DNA of 62,017 nucleotides from an uncultured Acidimicrobiia bacterium (GTDB lineage: Bacteria; Actinomycetota; Acidimicrobiia; Spongiisociales; UBA5794), in NCBI GenBank assembly GCA_965368815.1, contig CBDUOH010000003.1:1-62017 (forward strand), given 5' to 3'. A program made the position numbers and the translations under genes. Under the pieces are notes generated by a model. That model was not told the origin of the DNA, searched no databases, and saw only the letters and a list, made by a program, of their open reading frames with translations. Each line of letters opens with the position of its first letter. The first letter of the stretch is position 1. Positions 9,774 to 20,426 of the stretch are shown one piece after another.

Positions 9774-11066
9774 CTACCGCTCGGAGATCGGAACGAAGTC
9801 CCGTGCCGGTTCGCCGACGTAGAGCTGGCGTGGCCGCATGATCTTGGTGTCAGGATCGCTGTTCATCTCCATCCAGTTGGCGATCCAACCGGGCAGGCGG
9901 CCGATCGCAAACAGAACAGTGAACATTCGCAGGGGGAATCCGAGGGCTCGGAAGGTGATGCCCGAGTAGAAGTCGACGTTCGGGTACAGCTTGCGCTCGG
10001 TGAAGTAGTCGTCGGCGAGTGCTGCCGCCTCGAGTTCCCGCGCGATCTCAAGCAATGGATCGGTCGTCTCCATCCTGTCGAGCACATCCTGGGAGAACGA
10101 GCTGAGCACCCGGGCGCGAGGGTCGTAATTGCTGTATACCCGGTGGCCGAAGCCCATCAGACGGAAGTCGTCGTCCTTGTCCTTGGCCCGAGCAATGGTG
10201 GATTCGACCGTTGCGTCCGGATCGTCATGGATCGCCTGCAGCATCTCGATGACGGATTGGTTCGCACCGCCGTGCAACGGACCCCACAGCGCACCCATGC
10301 CAGCGGCGACGCTGGTGAACATGTTCGCCCTCGAGGACCCGACCGCGCGGACGGTTGCGGTCGAACAGTTCTGGCCGTGGTCGGCGTGGAGAATCAGGAG
10401 CACGTTGAGAGCCTTCACAACAGCTGGGTCGATCGGCCTGTCCTCGACCGGTCTTGCGAACATCATGTGGAGGAAGTTCTCGACGTAATCCAAGTCGTTG
10501 GACGGGTACACGTACGGCTCGCCGATCGACTTCTTGTATGCCCAGGCTGCGACGGTCGGCATCTTGGCAATCAGGGTGCGGGCGCCTGCGTCGATCTCGA
10601 GCTTGCGTGTCGGGCGTCGATAGATGTCATAGAACGTTGAGATGGCGTTTGTCGCCGACGACAGGACGGCCATCGGATGCGCTCGCCGAGGGAACGCATC
10701 GAAGAACGATCGCATCTCCTCGTTGAGGAGGGTGTGGGTGCTGATGCTGTGCTCCCAGGTCTCCAGTTCCTCGGTGTTGGGAAGCTTCCCGTACATCAAG
10801 AGATACGCGACCTCCAAGAAGCTGCAGTTGAGGGCGAGGTCTTCGATGGCATACCCGCGGTGACGCAGTTCTCCTGCGGCGCCGTCGACGTACGTGAGTG
10901 ACGAGCGAGCGCCTGCGGTGTTTGCGAAACCAGGGTCAAATGTGACGTGGCCCGAATCGGCACGGAGTCGACGGATGTCGAGGGCGGGAGAGCCCACCGA
11001 GGCTTCCAGGATCGGCAGCTCGAGCGATGCCTCTCCGATGTTCAGTGTGCCTTTGGCTTCACTCAT
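9774..11066 (-). CDS. gltA: citrate synthase (type II)
   Basis: 430 aa with LILHADHGQNCSTATVR and LMGFGHRVYSNYDPRA motifs. SD GAGGG is upstream. Confidence 0.93.
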   Translation of the reverse strand: MSEAKGTLNIGEASLELPILEASVGSPALDIRRLRADSGHVTFDPGFANTAGARSSLTYVDGAAGELRHRGYAIEDLALNCSFLEVAYLLMYGKLPNTEELETWEHSISTHTLLNEEMRSFFDAFPRRAHPMAVLSSATNAISTFYDIYRRPTRKLEIDAGARTLIAKMPTVAAWAYKKSIGEPYVYPSNDLDYVENFLHMMFARPVEDRPIDPAVVKALNVLLILHADHGQNCSTATVRAVGSSRANMFTSVAAGMGALWGPLHGGANQSVIEMLQAIHDDPDATVESTIARAKDKDDDFRLMGFGHRVYSNYDPRARVLSSFSQDVLDRMETTDPLLEIARELEAAALADDYFTERKLYPNVDFYSGITFRALGFPLRMFTVLFAIGRLPGWIANWMEMNSDPDTKIMRPRQLYVGEPARDFVPISER

Positions 11067-11197
11067 GATTCGTGACCCTCGTGTCTCCGGGGTAGGGGCG
11101 GTGGTGCAGGCTCCGGAGCCGCCTGGACATTCCAGATTCTAGTCTGAGGAGAAACCTTCCCCGTCTGTGCTAGCTTTCTCGCCGAAGGAGACCTTCT

Positions 11198-11791
11198 TTG
11201 ATTGATCTCAAGGGGCGCAAGACCGTTGCCCCGATACTCAAGCCCATCGCGGCCTTTCTCGCAAAGCTCCATGTCACCCCTGCGGTGGTGACGATCGTCG
11301 GGCTTGCGATAACAGTGTTCGGCGCCGTCCTGATCGGAACGGGTGAATTGGCGATCGGTGCATCGGTGGCCGCGTTCGGGGTGCTTCTCGATGCGTTGGA
11401 CGGTCCGTTGGCGCGACATCTCGACACTGCTTCTGACCGAGGCGCCTTCCTCGACACCATGTCCGACCGTTTCGGTGAGGTTGCCGTGTGGGTGGGTCTG
11501 GCGGTACACCTCAACGACCAGCAAAGACTTCTGATCCTGTGCGTCGTGAGCCTGGCCTTTTCGTTGCTCGTCCCGTACATCAGGGCAAAGGCAGAGATGT
11601 ACGGCCACGAAGGCAAGGGCGGTTGGATGGGGCGAGCCGAACGGATGATTCTGATTCTGTCCGGAATCGGTGTGGTCGGTCTCGGACTCGGGATCGGCGT
11701 CATGGAAGCCGTCCTTTGGGCGTTCGTGGTGCTCACCGGGTTCACGGTGTTCCAACGGATCTGGAAGACCTGGCACCAGATCGAATCGTGA
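11198..11791 (+). CDS. pgsA: CDP-alcohol phosphatidyltransferase, probable phosphatidylinositol(-phosphate) synthase
   Basis: 197 aa with CDP-alcohol motif DALDGPLARH..GAFLDTMSDRFGE. TTG start has GAAGGAG 7 nt upstream. Synteny with the acyltransferase and pimA matches the mycobacterial pgsA1-patA-pimA arrangement. Confidence 0.8.
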   Translation: MIDLKGRKTVAPILKPIAAFLAKLHVTPAVVTIVGLAITVFGAVLIGTGELAIGASVAAFGVLLDALDGPLARHLDTASDRGAFLDTMSDRFGEVAVWVGLAVHLNDQQRLLILCVVSLAFSLLVPYIRAKAEMYGHEGKGGWMGRAERMILILSGIGVVGLGLGIGVMEAVLWAFVVLTGFTVFQRIWKTWHQIES

Positions 11792-12681
11792 AGGACTTCT
11801 TCGGTTATCTGGCGTTCCGGGTGGCGTCGGCTCTCTTCGGTTTGCTCCCCGAGAGCTGGATGCGCCATCTCGGCGAGGCATTGGGCCGTTTGGCGTATCG
11901 CCGGAAGACCGCAAAGCGACCGTTGCTCGAGTCACACATGCGTCGCGTCATGGGTCCCGACACCCCACCGGGCGACATCGACAGGGCTGTCCGGCGCATG
12001 TATGAGTCGTACGGACGCTACTGGGCGGAGACGTTCTGGCTCAGACCCCGGCGCCACGATGCCGTGACCGCCGCTGTCGAGCGCATCGGGTTCGAGCACA
12101 TCGACGAAGCGAAGGCCGCAGGGGACGCGATGGTCTTCGCCATCCCGCACATGGGTAGCTGGGAGGTCGCTGGGCTGCTCGCAGACGAAATCGGCGTCCG
12201 CGTGCTTGCCGTTGCGGAACAGCTCTCGAACGACCGGATCACCCAGTGGTTCGTGCGCATACGAAACGAGTTGGGGATCGACATCGTCCTGACATCCGAC
12301 CCCAAACGCAATTCGAAGCTGATCAGGACGTTGAAGGAAGGCAAGTCGATAGCGCTGCTCGCCGATCGCGACGTGACCGGCCGCGGGCTGGTCACGACCT
12401 TTTTCGGTGAGGACGCCAAGATGCCAGCGGGCCCGGCTGGTCTTGCCGACCTCACAGGTGCCAGACTCATACCGGTCGGAGCCTATTTCAAGCAGGGAAG
12501 GGGTCACCGCATCGTCGTCCACCCGCCCGTGAGGATCCCCGATCTCGAAACCCGCGATCAGCGCGTCGCGGCCGGTGCGGCGTTGCTCGCACGCGAACTT
12601 GAGGCGATCGTGTTGGAGGATCCACCTCAGTGGCACCTCTTCCAACCAAACTGGCCCTCGGACCCGGGATACCGCGCATGA
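11788..12681 (+). CDS. patA: LpxL/HtrB-family lipid acyltransferase (PIM acyltransferase PatA-like)
   Basis: GTG 11788 overlaps the pgsA stop (GTGA). PHMGSWE acyltransferase motif is present. The 300-nt N-terminal extension of the track ORF lies inside pgsA and is rejected. Confidence 0.7.
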   Translation: MKDFFGYLAFRVASALFGLLPESWMRHLGEALGRLAYRRKTAKRPLLESHMRRVMGPDTPPGDIDRAVRRMYESYGRYWAETFWLRPRRHDAVTAAVERIGFEHIDEAKAAGDAMVFAIPHMGSWEVAGLLADEIGVRVLAVAEQLSNDRITQWFVRIRNELGIDIVLTSDPKRNSKLIRTLKEGKSIALLADRDVTGRGLVTTFFGEDAKMPAGPAGLADLTGARLIPVGAYFKQGRGHRIVVHPPVRIPDLETRDQRVAAGAALLARELEAIVLEDPPQWHLFQPNWPSDPGYRA

Positions 12682-13724
12682 GGGTGGCCATCGTCTGTCC
12701 ATACGACCTCGGGAAACACGGCGGTGTGCAGGATCAAGCGACGCGCCTGGTCGGGTGGCTCGGCTCAGCCGGGCACGAGGCGGTTCTCGTCGGACCGGGA
12801 GGCTCCGGTCCTGACGGCGCTGTGTTGCTCGGTACCGCTCGCGTGGTGAAGGCGAACAGGTCCACCGCGCCGATCAGCTTTGACCCCCGTGTCGGACGCC
12901 AGCTTCGGGAGATCTTCGCCGAGGTCGACGTTGCCCACATCCACGAGCCACTCATGCCCAGCGTCGGTGTCGCTGCGTCGCTCGTCGGGTCCGTGCCAAA
13001 AGTGGGCACTTTCCACGCGGATCCTCCTCGGTGGGTCCGGCGGAGCTACAAGGGTGCTCGTGCGCTGGCTCGCCGACTGGCTTCCCGGCTGGACGTCGTG
13101 ACAGCCACCAGTTCGGTCAGCTTGTCAGCGGTTTCGCCCTTCGTGGACCCGCGTATCGTGCCGAACGGCATCGATACGGCGTCGTACGGTCATGGCATCA
13201 AGACACCACGATCAGTGTCGTTCCTCGGTCGCGACGACGCACGCAAAGGCTTGAGCGTCCTGTTGGAGGCATGGCCGTACGTGGCAGAAGCGGTACCGGG
13301 GGTGACGCTCACCGTCATGGGAGCCCAGCGTGAGTCCGACCGCTCCGATGTCCGCTATCTCGGCCGGGTGTCGGAGGAGACGAAGCGCGCCGAGCTCGCC
13401 GCATCAGAGGTCTACTGCGCTCCGAATCTTGGCGGCGAGTCGTTCGGCATCGTGGTCGCAGAGGCGATGGCGTCAGGGTGCGCAGCAGTCGTCTCTGCGA
13501 TTCCGGCCTTCGCCCACGTCACTGCGGGAGCAGCGGAGCTGGTCGCCCCGGGCGACGTCGACGGTCTTGCCGGGCGGCTTGTCGCTGTGCTGACCGATGA
13601 TGATCGCAGAACCCGACTCCAGGGAGCGGCGCAACGCCGCGCCGCCGACTTCGACGGCGCTTCTGTGACCGCTGCCTATCTTGAGGCTTACGAGGAAGCC
13701 ATCGCGGCACACACCGGGCTCTGA
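12678..13724 (+). CDS. pimA: GT4 glycosyltransferase, probable phosphatidylinositol alpha-mannosyltransferase
   Basis: [21 protein letters not shown]-terminus. ATGA overlap with the upstream stop. C-terminal E-x7-E type GT4 region ([14 protein letters not shown]). Confidence 0.75.
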   Translation: MRVAIVCPYDLGKHGGVQDQATRLVGWLGSAGHEAVLVGPGGSGPDGAVLLGTARVVKANRSTAPISFDPRVGRQLREIFAEVDVAHIHEPLMPSVGVAASLVGSVPKVGTFHADPPRWVRRSYKGARALARRLASRLDVVTATSSVSLSAVSPFVDPRIVPNGIDTASYGHGIKTPRSVSFLGRDDARKGLSVLLEAWPYVAEAVPGVTLTVMGAQRESDRSDVRYLGRVSEETKRAELAASEVYCAPNLGGESFGIVVAEAMASGCAAVVSAIPAFAHVTAGAAELVAPGDVDGLAGRLVAVLTDDDRRTRLQGAAQRRAADFDGASVTAAYLEAYEEAIAAHTGL

Positions 13725-13788
13725 CGAGAGCGAGACCCTCGCCTCGGTCAGGCACACAATGGGCGGACTATGCGGGCCCAGCGTCCTC

Positions 13789-13794
13789 TACAAT
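13789..13794 (+). promoter_or_regulatory. candidate -10 hexamer (TACAAT) upstream of pdxS
   Basis: TACAAT lies 28 nt before ATG 13823, followed by SD AAGAGG. This would give a short 5' UTR. Confidence 0.3.
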
Positions 13795-13822
13795 TGCTCG
13801 ACAACCAACAAGAGGTCCTGCT

Positions 13823-14716
13823 ATGTCAGAAGCAACCACCCAGCACGGTACAGACAAGGTCAAACGAGGTCTCGCCGAGATGCTCAAGGGCGGCGTCATC
13901 ATGGATGTCGTGTCGGCCGAACAGGCCAAGATCGCCGAAGAGGCCGGCGCATGCGCTGTCATGTCGCTTGAACGGGTACCTGCTGACATTCGTGCCCACG
14001 GTGGCGTTGCCCGCATGGCCGACCCTGCCAAGGTGGAGGAGATCATCAACGCCGTCTCCATTCCGGTGATGGCGAAATCGCGGATCGGGCACTTCGTCGA
14101 GGCTCGCGTCCTCGAATCGCTCGGTGTCGACTACATCGACGAGTCCGAGGTCCTCAGTCCTGTGGACGACTTCCACATCGACAAGCATTCATTCACCGTG
14201 CCGTTCGTATGCGGGGCAAAGGACCTCGGCGAGGCCCTGCGACGCATCGGTGAAGGTGCAGCGATGATCCGCACCAAGGGCGAACCGGGCACCGGGAATG
14301 TCATCGAAGCGGTCAAGCACATGCGCAAGATGACGTCACAGATCAAATGGCTCACGACGCTCGGTCCCGACGAGATCATGAACGCCGCCAAAGAGCTCCG
14401 GGCTCCCTACGACCTCGTCAAAGAGATCAACATGACAGGCACCTTGCCCGTGGTCAACTTCGCTGCTGGCGGTATCGCGACGCCTGCGGACGCCGCGTTG
14501 ATGATGCAACTCGGCTGTGACGGGATCTTCGTCGGATCAGGGATCTTCAAATCCGGTGATCCGGCCGAACGCGCCAGCGCGATCGTCCAGGCCACGACAT
14601 TCCACAACGATCCTGCAATGGTCGCCAAGGTCTCCAAGAATCTCGGTGAAGCGATGGTGGGAATCAACATCGACACACTTCCCGACTCGGAGCTGATGCA
14701 GCACCGCGGGTCATGA
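13823..14716 (+). CDS. pdxS: pyridoxal 5'-phosphate synthase lyase subunit
   Basis: 297 aa with [17 protein letters not shown] and the canonical PdxS pattern throughout. Confidence 0.95.
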   Translation: MSEATTQHGTDKVKRGLAEMLKGGVIMDVVSAEQAKIAEEAGACAVMSLERVPADIRAHGGVARMADPAKVEEIINAVSIPVMAKSRIGHFVEARVLESLGVDYIDESEVLSPVDDFHIDKHSFTVPFVCGAKDLGEALRRIGEGAAMIRTKGEPGTGNVIEAVKHMRKMTSQIKWLTTLGPDEIMNAAKELRAPYDLVKEINMTGTLPVVNFAAGGIATPADAALMMQLGCDGIFVGSGIFKSGDPAERASAIVQATTFHNDPAMVAKVSKNLGEAMVGINIDTLPDSELMQHRGS

Positions 14717-15288
14717 AGGTCGGTGTCCTCGCTCTCCAGGGTGATTTCAGGGAGCACCTCGCGATGCTCGATCTGCTCGACTGCGATGGCGTCGAAGTCC
14801 GCACGCCAGATGACCTTGCGGGGGTCGACGCACTCGTCATCCCGGGTGGGGAGTCGACGACCATCGGACGTCTTGCCACCCTGTTCGGCCTGATCGAGCC
14901 GATCCGCAACCGATGTCGCGAAGGTATGCCGGTGCTCGGCACCTGTGCCGGCATGATCTTCCTCGCATCGAGCACCGTTGGTCGTGAACAGCCCCAGTTG
15001 CACGTTCTCGATGCGGTGGTCGAGCGGAACGCCTTCGGTCGACAGGTCGATTCCTTCGAGGCGGACCTCGACGTTGTCGGTCTCGACGAGCCGATGCATG
15101 CAGTGTTCATCCGGGCCCCGTGGATCCACAAGGTCGGCGGTGACGTCGAGGTCCTGGCTTCGGTCACCGACGGCGATGGCAACGACCATCCGGTCTTGGT
15201 CCGTCAGGACCGTATTCTTGCGTGCGCATTCCATCCGGAGCTCGCCGACGATGTACGGCTCCACCAGATGCTGATCGATCTCGTGTAG
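14713..15288 (+). CDS. pdxT: pyridoxal 5'-phosphate synthase glutaminase subunit
   Basis: ATGA overlap with pdx[12 protein letters not shown] Cys nucleophile and CAFHPEL are present. Confidence 0.93.
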   Translation: MKVGVLALQGDFREHLAMLDLLDCDGVEVRTPDDLAGVDALVIPGGESTTIGRLATLFGLIEPIRNRCREGMPVLGTCAGMIFLASSTVGREQPQLHVLDAVVERNAFGRQVDSFEADLDVVGLDEPMHAVFIRAPWIHKVGGDVEVLASVTDGDGNDHPVLVRQDRILACAFHPELADDVRLHQMLIDLV

Positions 15289-15300
15289 AGGAGGCCGCAC

Positions 15301-16047
15301 ATGGCCGGACATTCCAAATGGGCCAACATCAAGCACCGCAAGGGCCGCCAGGACGCTCGTCGTGGCAAGCTGTTCGCAAAGCTGATCAAGTCGATCGAGT
15401 CTGCAGCTCGCAACGGCGGCGCCGACATCACGGCGAACCCGACCCTCGCTACCGCCGTGCAGAAGGCCAAGGACAACTCAGTTCCCAAGGACAACATCGA
15501 CAGGGCCATCGCACGGGGCGCCGGAGATGTCGACGGTGTCGACTACATCGAGACGTTCTACGAGGGCTACGCACCCGGCGGCGTGGCGTTGTACGTGCAG
15601 ATCCTCACCGACAACCGGAACCGCGCCGCTTCAGATGTCAGGTCGGCCTTCTCGAAGAACGGTGGGAACCTCGGGGAACCGGGGTCCGTGGGTTACCTGT
15701 TCGAACAGCGTGGTCAGTTGCTCGTCACGGGTGACGAGGATGCCGTCATGCTCGCCGCGATCGAAGCCGGTGCAGATGACGTGACCGCCACCGACGACCA
15801 ATGGGAGATCGTCACCGCACCGTCCGACCTCCAGAGCGTACGAACCGCTCTCGAAGCCGCCGGAGTGCAAGTCGATTCTGGCGACATCACTTACCTGCCA
15901 TCGACGTCCGTGGCGCTCGATGACAAGACAGCGCCCCGTGTCCTTCGTCTGGTCGATGCTCTCGAGGATCTCGACGACGTCCAGGCTGTGTTCGCGAACT
16001 TCGACATACCCGATGAACTGTTTGCCGAGCTGACTGCCGAAGCCTGA
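15301..16047 (+). CDS. YebC/PmpR family DNA-binding transcriptional regulator
   Basis: MAGHSKWANIKHRKGRQDARRGKLF N-terminus. GAGGAGG SD. Confidence 0.93.
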   Translation: MAGHSKWANIKHRKGRQDARRGKLFAKLIKSIESAARNGGADITANPTLATAVQKAKDNSVPKDNIDRAIARGAGDVDGVDYIETFYEGYAPGGVALYVQILTDNRNRAASDVRSAFSKNGGNLGEPGSVGYLFEQRGQLLVTGDEDAVMLAAIEAGADDVTATDDQWEIVTAPSDLQSVRTALEAAGVQVDSGDITYLPSTSVALDDKTAPRVLRLVDALEDLDDVQAVFANFDIPDELFAELTAEA

Positions 16048-16106
16048 CCGCGACGCTGATCGCAGGTTCTTTCCTAACCGGCGGCTCACGGGTAGCATGC
16101 GAACAT

Positions 16107-16601
16107 ATGTTCGTATTGGGAATCGACCCCGGCCTCACGCGTACCGGCTACGGCGTCATTGCATCGAGCGGCGGCAAGGACCGTGCGGTCTCTGCCGGTG
16201 TGATCACGACCGACCCCAGCATCCCGGCTGCGCACCGACTCCTTGAGATCAGACATGACATCGAGGCCGTCCTGGACGACTATCCCATCACGACGGCCGC
16301 GATCGAGCAGGTGTTCATCAACCGCAACAGGGGCACGGCCATGGCAGTCGCGCGGGCGTCCGGGGTGGTGATGGCAACCATCGCCGATCGAGGACTCGAC
16401 GTCGAGGAATACTCGCCTTCGCAGATGAAGCTCACAATCACAGGTTCAGGAACCGCCGACAAGGCTCAGATCGAGGCTGTGCTCCGGATGCGACTCGGTG
16501 TCGGAGCCATCTCGGGTCCTGCCGACGCTGTCGATGCACTTGGAATCGCCCTGTGTCACATCCAGCACGTCGGAACGATGGCCGGTACGGTGCGACGATG
16601 A
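16107..16601 (+). CDS. ruvC: crossover junction endodeoxyribonuclease RuvC
   Basis: MFVLGIDPGLTRTGYGVI. 164 aa. Confidence 0.93.
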   Translation: MFVLGIDPGLTRTGYGVIASSGGKDRAVSAGVITTDPSIPAAHRLLEIRHDIEAVLDDYPITTAAIEQVFINRNRGTAMAVARASGVVMATIADRGLDVEEYSPSQMKLTITGSGTADKAQIEAVLRMRLGVGAISGPADAVDALGIALCHIQHVGTMAGTVRR

Positions 16602-17173
16602 TCGGGAGACTCCGTGGGACGATTGTCGAGAAGGCCGCAGAATTCATCGTTCTTGACGTTGGCGGTGTGGGATACGCGGTGGCAGTGACGCCACGGACGC
16701 TCGCGGTCCTGCCTTCCATCGGCGACGAAGCGGTCGTCCACACCCATCTGCACGTCAGGGAGGATCAGCTTGCTCTCTTCGGATTCACCACCGTCGAGGA
16801 TCGTGATCTCTTTGAGACGTTGCTCGGTGCCTCAGGTGTCGGACCCAAGGTCGCACTCGCCATTTCTGCGACCTTCACACCCGACGAACTTCGGCATGTG
16901 GTGTCAGGGAACGATCAGGCAGCATTGACGTCGGTGCCGGGTATCGGCAAGCGGAGCGCCGAGAAACTCATGGTCGAGCTCAGACCGAAGATGGATGTGG
17001 TGGGGTCGCCGATGCATGCGACAGGACCGTTGAGCGAGGCACGGGAGGCCCTCGAAGGTCTTGGGTATGCAACGGACGAGATACGCGGCATCCTGTCAGA
17101 GCTCGGTCCGGACCTGTCGGTCGAAGAACTCGTGAAGCGATCGCTCCAGCAACTCGGAAAGCGGAACACATGA
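16598..17173 (+). CDS. ruvA: Holliday junction branch migration protein RuvA
   Basis: [12 protein letters not shown] start, ATGA overlap with the ruvC stop, HhH region [10 protein letters not shown]. Confidence 0.93.
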   Translation: MIGRLRGTIVEKAAEFIVLDVGGVGYAVAVTPRTLAVLPSIGDEAVVHTHLHVREDQLALFGFTTVEDRDLFETLLGASGVGPKVALAISATFTPDELRHVVSGNDQAALTSVPGIGKRSAEKLMVELRPKMDVVGSPMHATGPLSEAREALEGLGYATDEIRGILSELGPDLSVEELVKRSLQQLGKRNT

Positions 17174-18195
17174 GGGAAGAGGGACTGCTCGCAACGGCGA
17201 CAACCGAGGAGGAGCGACAGATCGAAGTCGGACTCCGCCCTCGCAAGCTCGACGAGTTCGTGGGACAGGAGGCCCTCAAGGAACGGCTCTCGATCCTGAT
17301 CGAGGCAGCGTCGGCACGGGGCGAATCGGTGGACCACATCCTCTTCTCGGGTCCGCCGGGTCTCGGCAAGACCAGCCTTGCGGCCATCGTCGCCGCCGAA
17401 ATGGGAGCTGCCTTCAGGTCGACCTCAGGCCCGGCCCTCGACAGGCCCGGCGATCTGGCTGCCGTGATCACCAACCTCGAGCCCGGTGACGTGCTGTTCA
17501 TCGATGAGATCCATCGGCTGCCCCGGCAGGTCGAAGAGGTGCTGTATCCGGCGATGGAAGACGGTCAACTCGACATCGTCGTCGGCAAGGGCCCGGCGGC
17601 GCGATCGATCAAGATCGATCTGCCGGACTTCACGCTGATCGGGGCCACGACCCGCGTCGGGCGGGTTGCGCCCCCGTTGCGCGATCGCTTCGGATACGTC
17701 GCACGTCTCGACTACTACGGACCCGACGACCTTGCTGCGATCGTTGCCCGATCGTCCGTCCTGCTCGAATGCGACGCCGATCCTGACGGCTGCCACGCCA
17801 TCGCCAGACGGTCGCGCGGGACCCCCAGGATCGCCAACAGGCTGCTGCGGCGGGTCAGGGACTACGCGTCGGTCCGAGCCTCGGGCCATGTCTCAGCGAC
17901 CGTCGCGGACGCCGCGTTGGAGTTGTTCGAAGTCGACGATGTCGGGCTCGACAAAGTCGACCGTTCGATACTCGAGGCGTTGATCGTCAAGTTCGGGGGA
18001 GCACCGGTGGGGTTGTCCACGCTTGCCATTGCCGTGGGCGAGGACCCCGAGACCGTTGAGGATGCGTATGAGCCGTTCCTGATCCTCGAAGGCCTGCTCC
18101 AACGAACACCGCGCGGCCGGATCGCGACCGAGCGTGCGTACAGCCACATCGGCGTGGAGCCACCGGGCGACGATGGACAGGGGTCGCTCCTGTAG
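17170..18195 (+). CDS. ruvB: Holliday junction branch migration DNA helicase RuvB
   Basis: ATGA overlap. Walker [12 protein letters not shown] and Walker [10 protein letters not shown]. Confidence 0.95.
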   Translation: MREEGLLATATTEEERQIEVGLRPRKLDEFVGQEALKERLSILIEAASARGESVDHILFSGPPGLGKTSLAAIVAAEMGAAFRSTSGPALDRPGDLAAVITNLEPGDVLFIDEIHRLPRQVEEVLYPAMEDGQLDIVVGKGPAARSIKIDLPDFTLIGATTRVGRVAPPLRDRFGYVARLDYYGPDDLAAIVARSSVLLECDADPDGCHAIARRSRGTPRIANRLLRRVRDYASVRASGHVSATVADAALELFEVDDVGLDKVDRSILEALIVKFGGAPVGLSTLAIAVGEDPETVEDAYEPFLILEGLLQRTPRGRIATERAYSHIGVEPPGDDGQGSLL

Positions 18196-18201
18196 CTGGC
18201 G

Positions 18202-18207
18202 TACGCT
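18202..18207 (+). promoter_or_regulatory. candidate -10 hexamer (TACGCT) for leaderless queA
   Basis: TACGCT, then 6 nt (tccgag), then ATG 18214. No SD. Confidence 0.4.
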
Positions 18208-18213
18208 TCCGAG

Positions 18214-19224
18214 ATGCTGGTTTCCGACTTCGACTACACGCTGCCAGACGCCTCGATCGCGCAGAGCGCCATCGAACCGCGACACGATGCCCGACTCCTC
18301 GACACCACGACGATGTCGGATCTCGTCTTCACCGACTTCCCGGGTCTCTGCCGTCGGGGTGACCTGCTGGTGGTGAACAGAACGCGGGTGCGCGCGGCAC
18401 GGTTGGTGGGCACCAGGAGCACCGGTGGGAGAACTGAGGTTCTCCTCACCCGACGGATGGATCCTGAGCGATGGCAGGCATTGGTGCGCCCAGCCAAGAA
18501 GCTCGCCGCCGGGTCGGACGTCACGGTCGGGGACCTCGTCGTGCGACTTCTGACTGATCCTGTCGATGGCATCGCCACGGTGACGATCGTCACCGACGGG
18601 GACGTGGAGGCGGCGATAGCCGCGGCAGGCGAGCTGCCGTTGCCGCCGTACTTCCACGGGCACCTGGATGATCCCGATCGGTACCAGACCATGTTCGCCG
18701 ATGAAATGGGATCCGCGGCGGCCCCCACCGCAGCCTTGCACTTCACCCAAAGGATCGTTGACGACCTCGTCCGGTCCGGAGTGGAGCTCGCCAAGGTCGA
18801 CCTCGAAGTCGGCTTGGATACCTTCCGACCCATGTCCGACGGCGCAGTTGGCGAACATGCAATCCATCGTGAGCGCGTGAAGGTGCCTGCCGATACCGTC
18901 GCCGCGGTCAATCGCACCCGCGCGGCAGGTGGCAGGGTGATCGCCGTCGGTACCACGGTGGTCCGGTCGCTTGAGGCCGCTGCGGCACCCGATGGGGCGT
19001 TGCAGCCGTACGACGATGACACCGAACTCTTCATCACACCCGGTTACGACTTCAGGGTCGTCGATGCACTCGTGACGAACTTCCACGCGCCTCGCACCAC
19101 GTTGCTGGTATTGATCTCTGCGGTGCTCGGAGATGACTGGCGATCGGTCTACGCCCACGCGATGCAGTCGGGATACCGATTCCTTTCGTTCGGAGATGCC
19201 ATGTTCGCGGAGGTGCCGAGATGA
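18214..19224 (+). CDS. queA: tRNA preQ1(34) S-adenosylmethionine ribosyltransferase-isomerase
   Basis: MLVSDFDYTLPDASIAQSAIEPRHDARLL. 336 aa. Confidence 0.92.
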   Translation: MLVSDFDYTLPDASIAQSAIEPRHDARLLDTTTMSDLVFTDFPGLCRRGDLLVVNRTRVRAARLVGTRSTGGRTEVLLTRRMDPERWQALVRPAKKLAAGSDVTVGDLVVRLLTDPVDGIATVTIVTDGDVEAAIAAAGELPLPPYFHGHLDDPDRYQTMFADEMGSAAAPTAALHFTQRIVDDLVRSGVELAKVDLEVGLDTFRPMSDGAVGEHAIHRERVKVPADTVAAVNRTRAAGGRVIAVGTTVVRSLEAAAAPDGALQPYDDDTELFITPGYDFRVVDALVTNFHAPRTTLLVLISAVLGDDWRSVYAHAMQSGYRFLSFGDAMFAEVPR

Positions 19225-20342
19225 GCTCCGTGACGTGGACCGGCCGGAAGGCTGATGGGAATGCGCGCTCCGGTGTGATGCACACACCACATGGTGATGT
19301 GGCAACACCGAACTTCATGGCCGTCGGGACGCGAGCTTCCGTCAAGACCATCGATGTCGCTGACCTTGAACGCCTCGGTGCCCAGATCGTGTTGGCGAAC
19401 ACGTATCACCTCATGTTGCGACCGGGTGAGGAGGTCGTGGGCGACCTCGGGGAGCTCCACGGGTTCATGGGGTGGGATGCGCCGATACTCACCGATTCGG
19501 GCGGGTACCAGGTTCTGTCGCTCGATCCCAAGATCACCGAGAGCAGACTCATCTTTCGTTCGACATACGACGGCTCCCGGGTCGAGCTGTCACCTGAGCG
19601 ATCGGTCGCGGTGCAAGAGGCGTTGGGGTCGGACATTGCCATGGTGCTCGACGTGCCGGTCGCCTTGCCATCGTCCCGCGAGGCGACCGAAGCCGCGATG
19701 CACCGGACACTGCGATGGGCTGAACGCTCCAAGCAGGCGAAGCGACGCGTCGACCGCGCCTTGTTCGGGATCATCCAAGGAGGCGCGGATCCAGAACTCC
19801 GCGCGGAATCGGCGCGTGAGACGGCCGACATCGGCTTCCCCGGGTACGGGATCGGGGGCCTCGCCGTCGGGGAGACACCGGCGGAGCGATCGGCGGCCAT
19901 AGAGCCCTGCCTCGAGCACCTCGAACCCGATGCGGTCCGGTACGTCATGGGTCTTGGTGATACCGAGGGGATGCTCGATGCCGTTTCCCAGGGGATCGAC
20001 CTGTTCGACTGTGTCCTTCCCACCCGTCTCGCTCGCCACGGCAAGGCGTTGACCCGCGACGGTGACATTTCCATCAAGAGGGCCGAGTGGTCACGCGACA
20101 GCCGTCCGATCGATCCTGCATGCCCATGCGTCGCGTGCCAGCGGCACTCGCTCGGATATCTCAGACACCTCAACAGGACGAACGAGCCGTCAGGACAACG
20201 GCTGTTGACGTTGCACAACCTCCAGTACACGTACACCCTCATGGCGGAGGTCCGGGCTGCCATCGATGCCGGTGCGTTCGATGCCTACCGCGCCGACGTG
20301 ATTGCACGTCGCAAGAGAGGTTTTGCACCCCTTGGGGGCTAG
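19221..20342 (+). CDS. tgt: tRNA guanosine(34) transglycosylase
   Basis: ATGA overlap. TPNFMAVGT and LTDSGGYQV motifs, Zn site CPCVACQRHSLGYLRHL. Confidence 0.93.
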   Translation: MSSVTWTGRKADGNARSGVMHTPHGDVATPNFMAVGTRASVKTIDVADLERLGAQIVLANTYHLMLRPGEEVVGDLGELHGFMGWDAPILTDSGGYQVLSLDPKITESRLIFRSTYDGSRVELSPERSVAVQEALGSDIAMVLDVPVALPSSREATEAAMHRTLRWAERSKQAKRRVDRALFGIIQGGADPELRAESARETADIGFPGYGIGGLAVGETPAERSAAIEPCLEHLEPDAVRYVMGLGDTEGMLDAVSQGIDLFDCVLPTRLARHGKALTRDGDISIKRAEWSRDSRPIDPACPCVACQRHSLGYLRHLNRTNEPSGQRLLTLHNLQYTYTLMAEVRAAIDAGAFDAYRADVIARRKRGFAPLGG

Positions 20343-20426
20343 CATCGTGACGGTTCGCATCGTGAGGACCATCGGTCCACATCGTGTGGACCACCACCGA
20401 ACCAGAATGTCGACGGAGGCACGCCC

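Noticed and set aside
11488-11787. A 100-codon N-terminal extension of the acyltransferase ORF. Analogous extensions occur for pimA 12630, ruvA 16553, MBL 25430, aspS 27326, alaS 30754, mltG 33802, efp 39163, pyrD 47318, mihF 49063, priA 51337, def 53161 and ribE 59421.
   Set aside because: The extensions run inside the preceding gene in another frame. Conserved N-termini and ATGA, GTGA or TGATG overlaps, or SD sequences, support the downstream starts.
17893-19308. 471-aa ORF on the minus strand.
   Set aside because: It lies entirely antisense to ruvB, queA and tgt, which have unambiguous family motifs. The Arg/Gly/Pro/His-rich translation is typical of mirror frames in high-GC DNA, and no recognisable domain is present.
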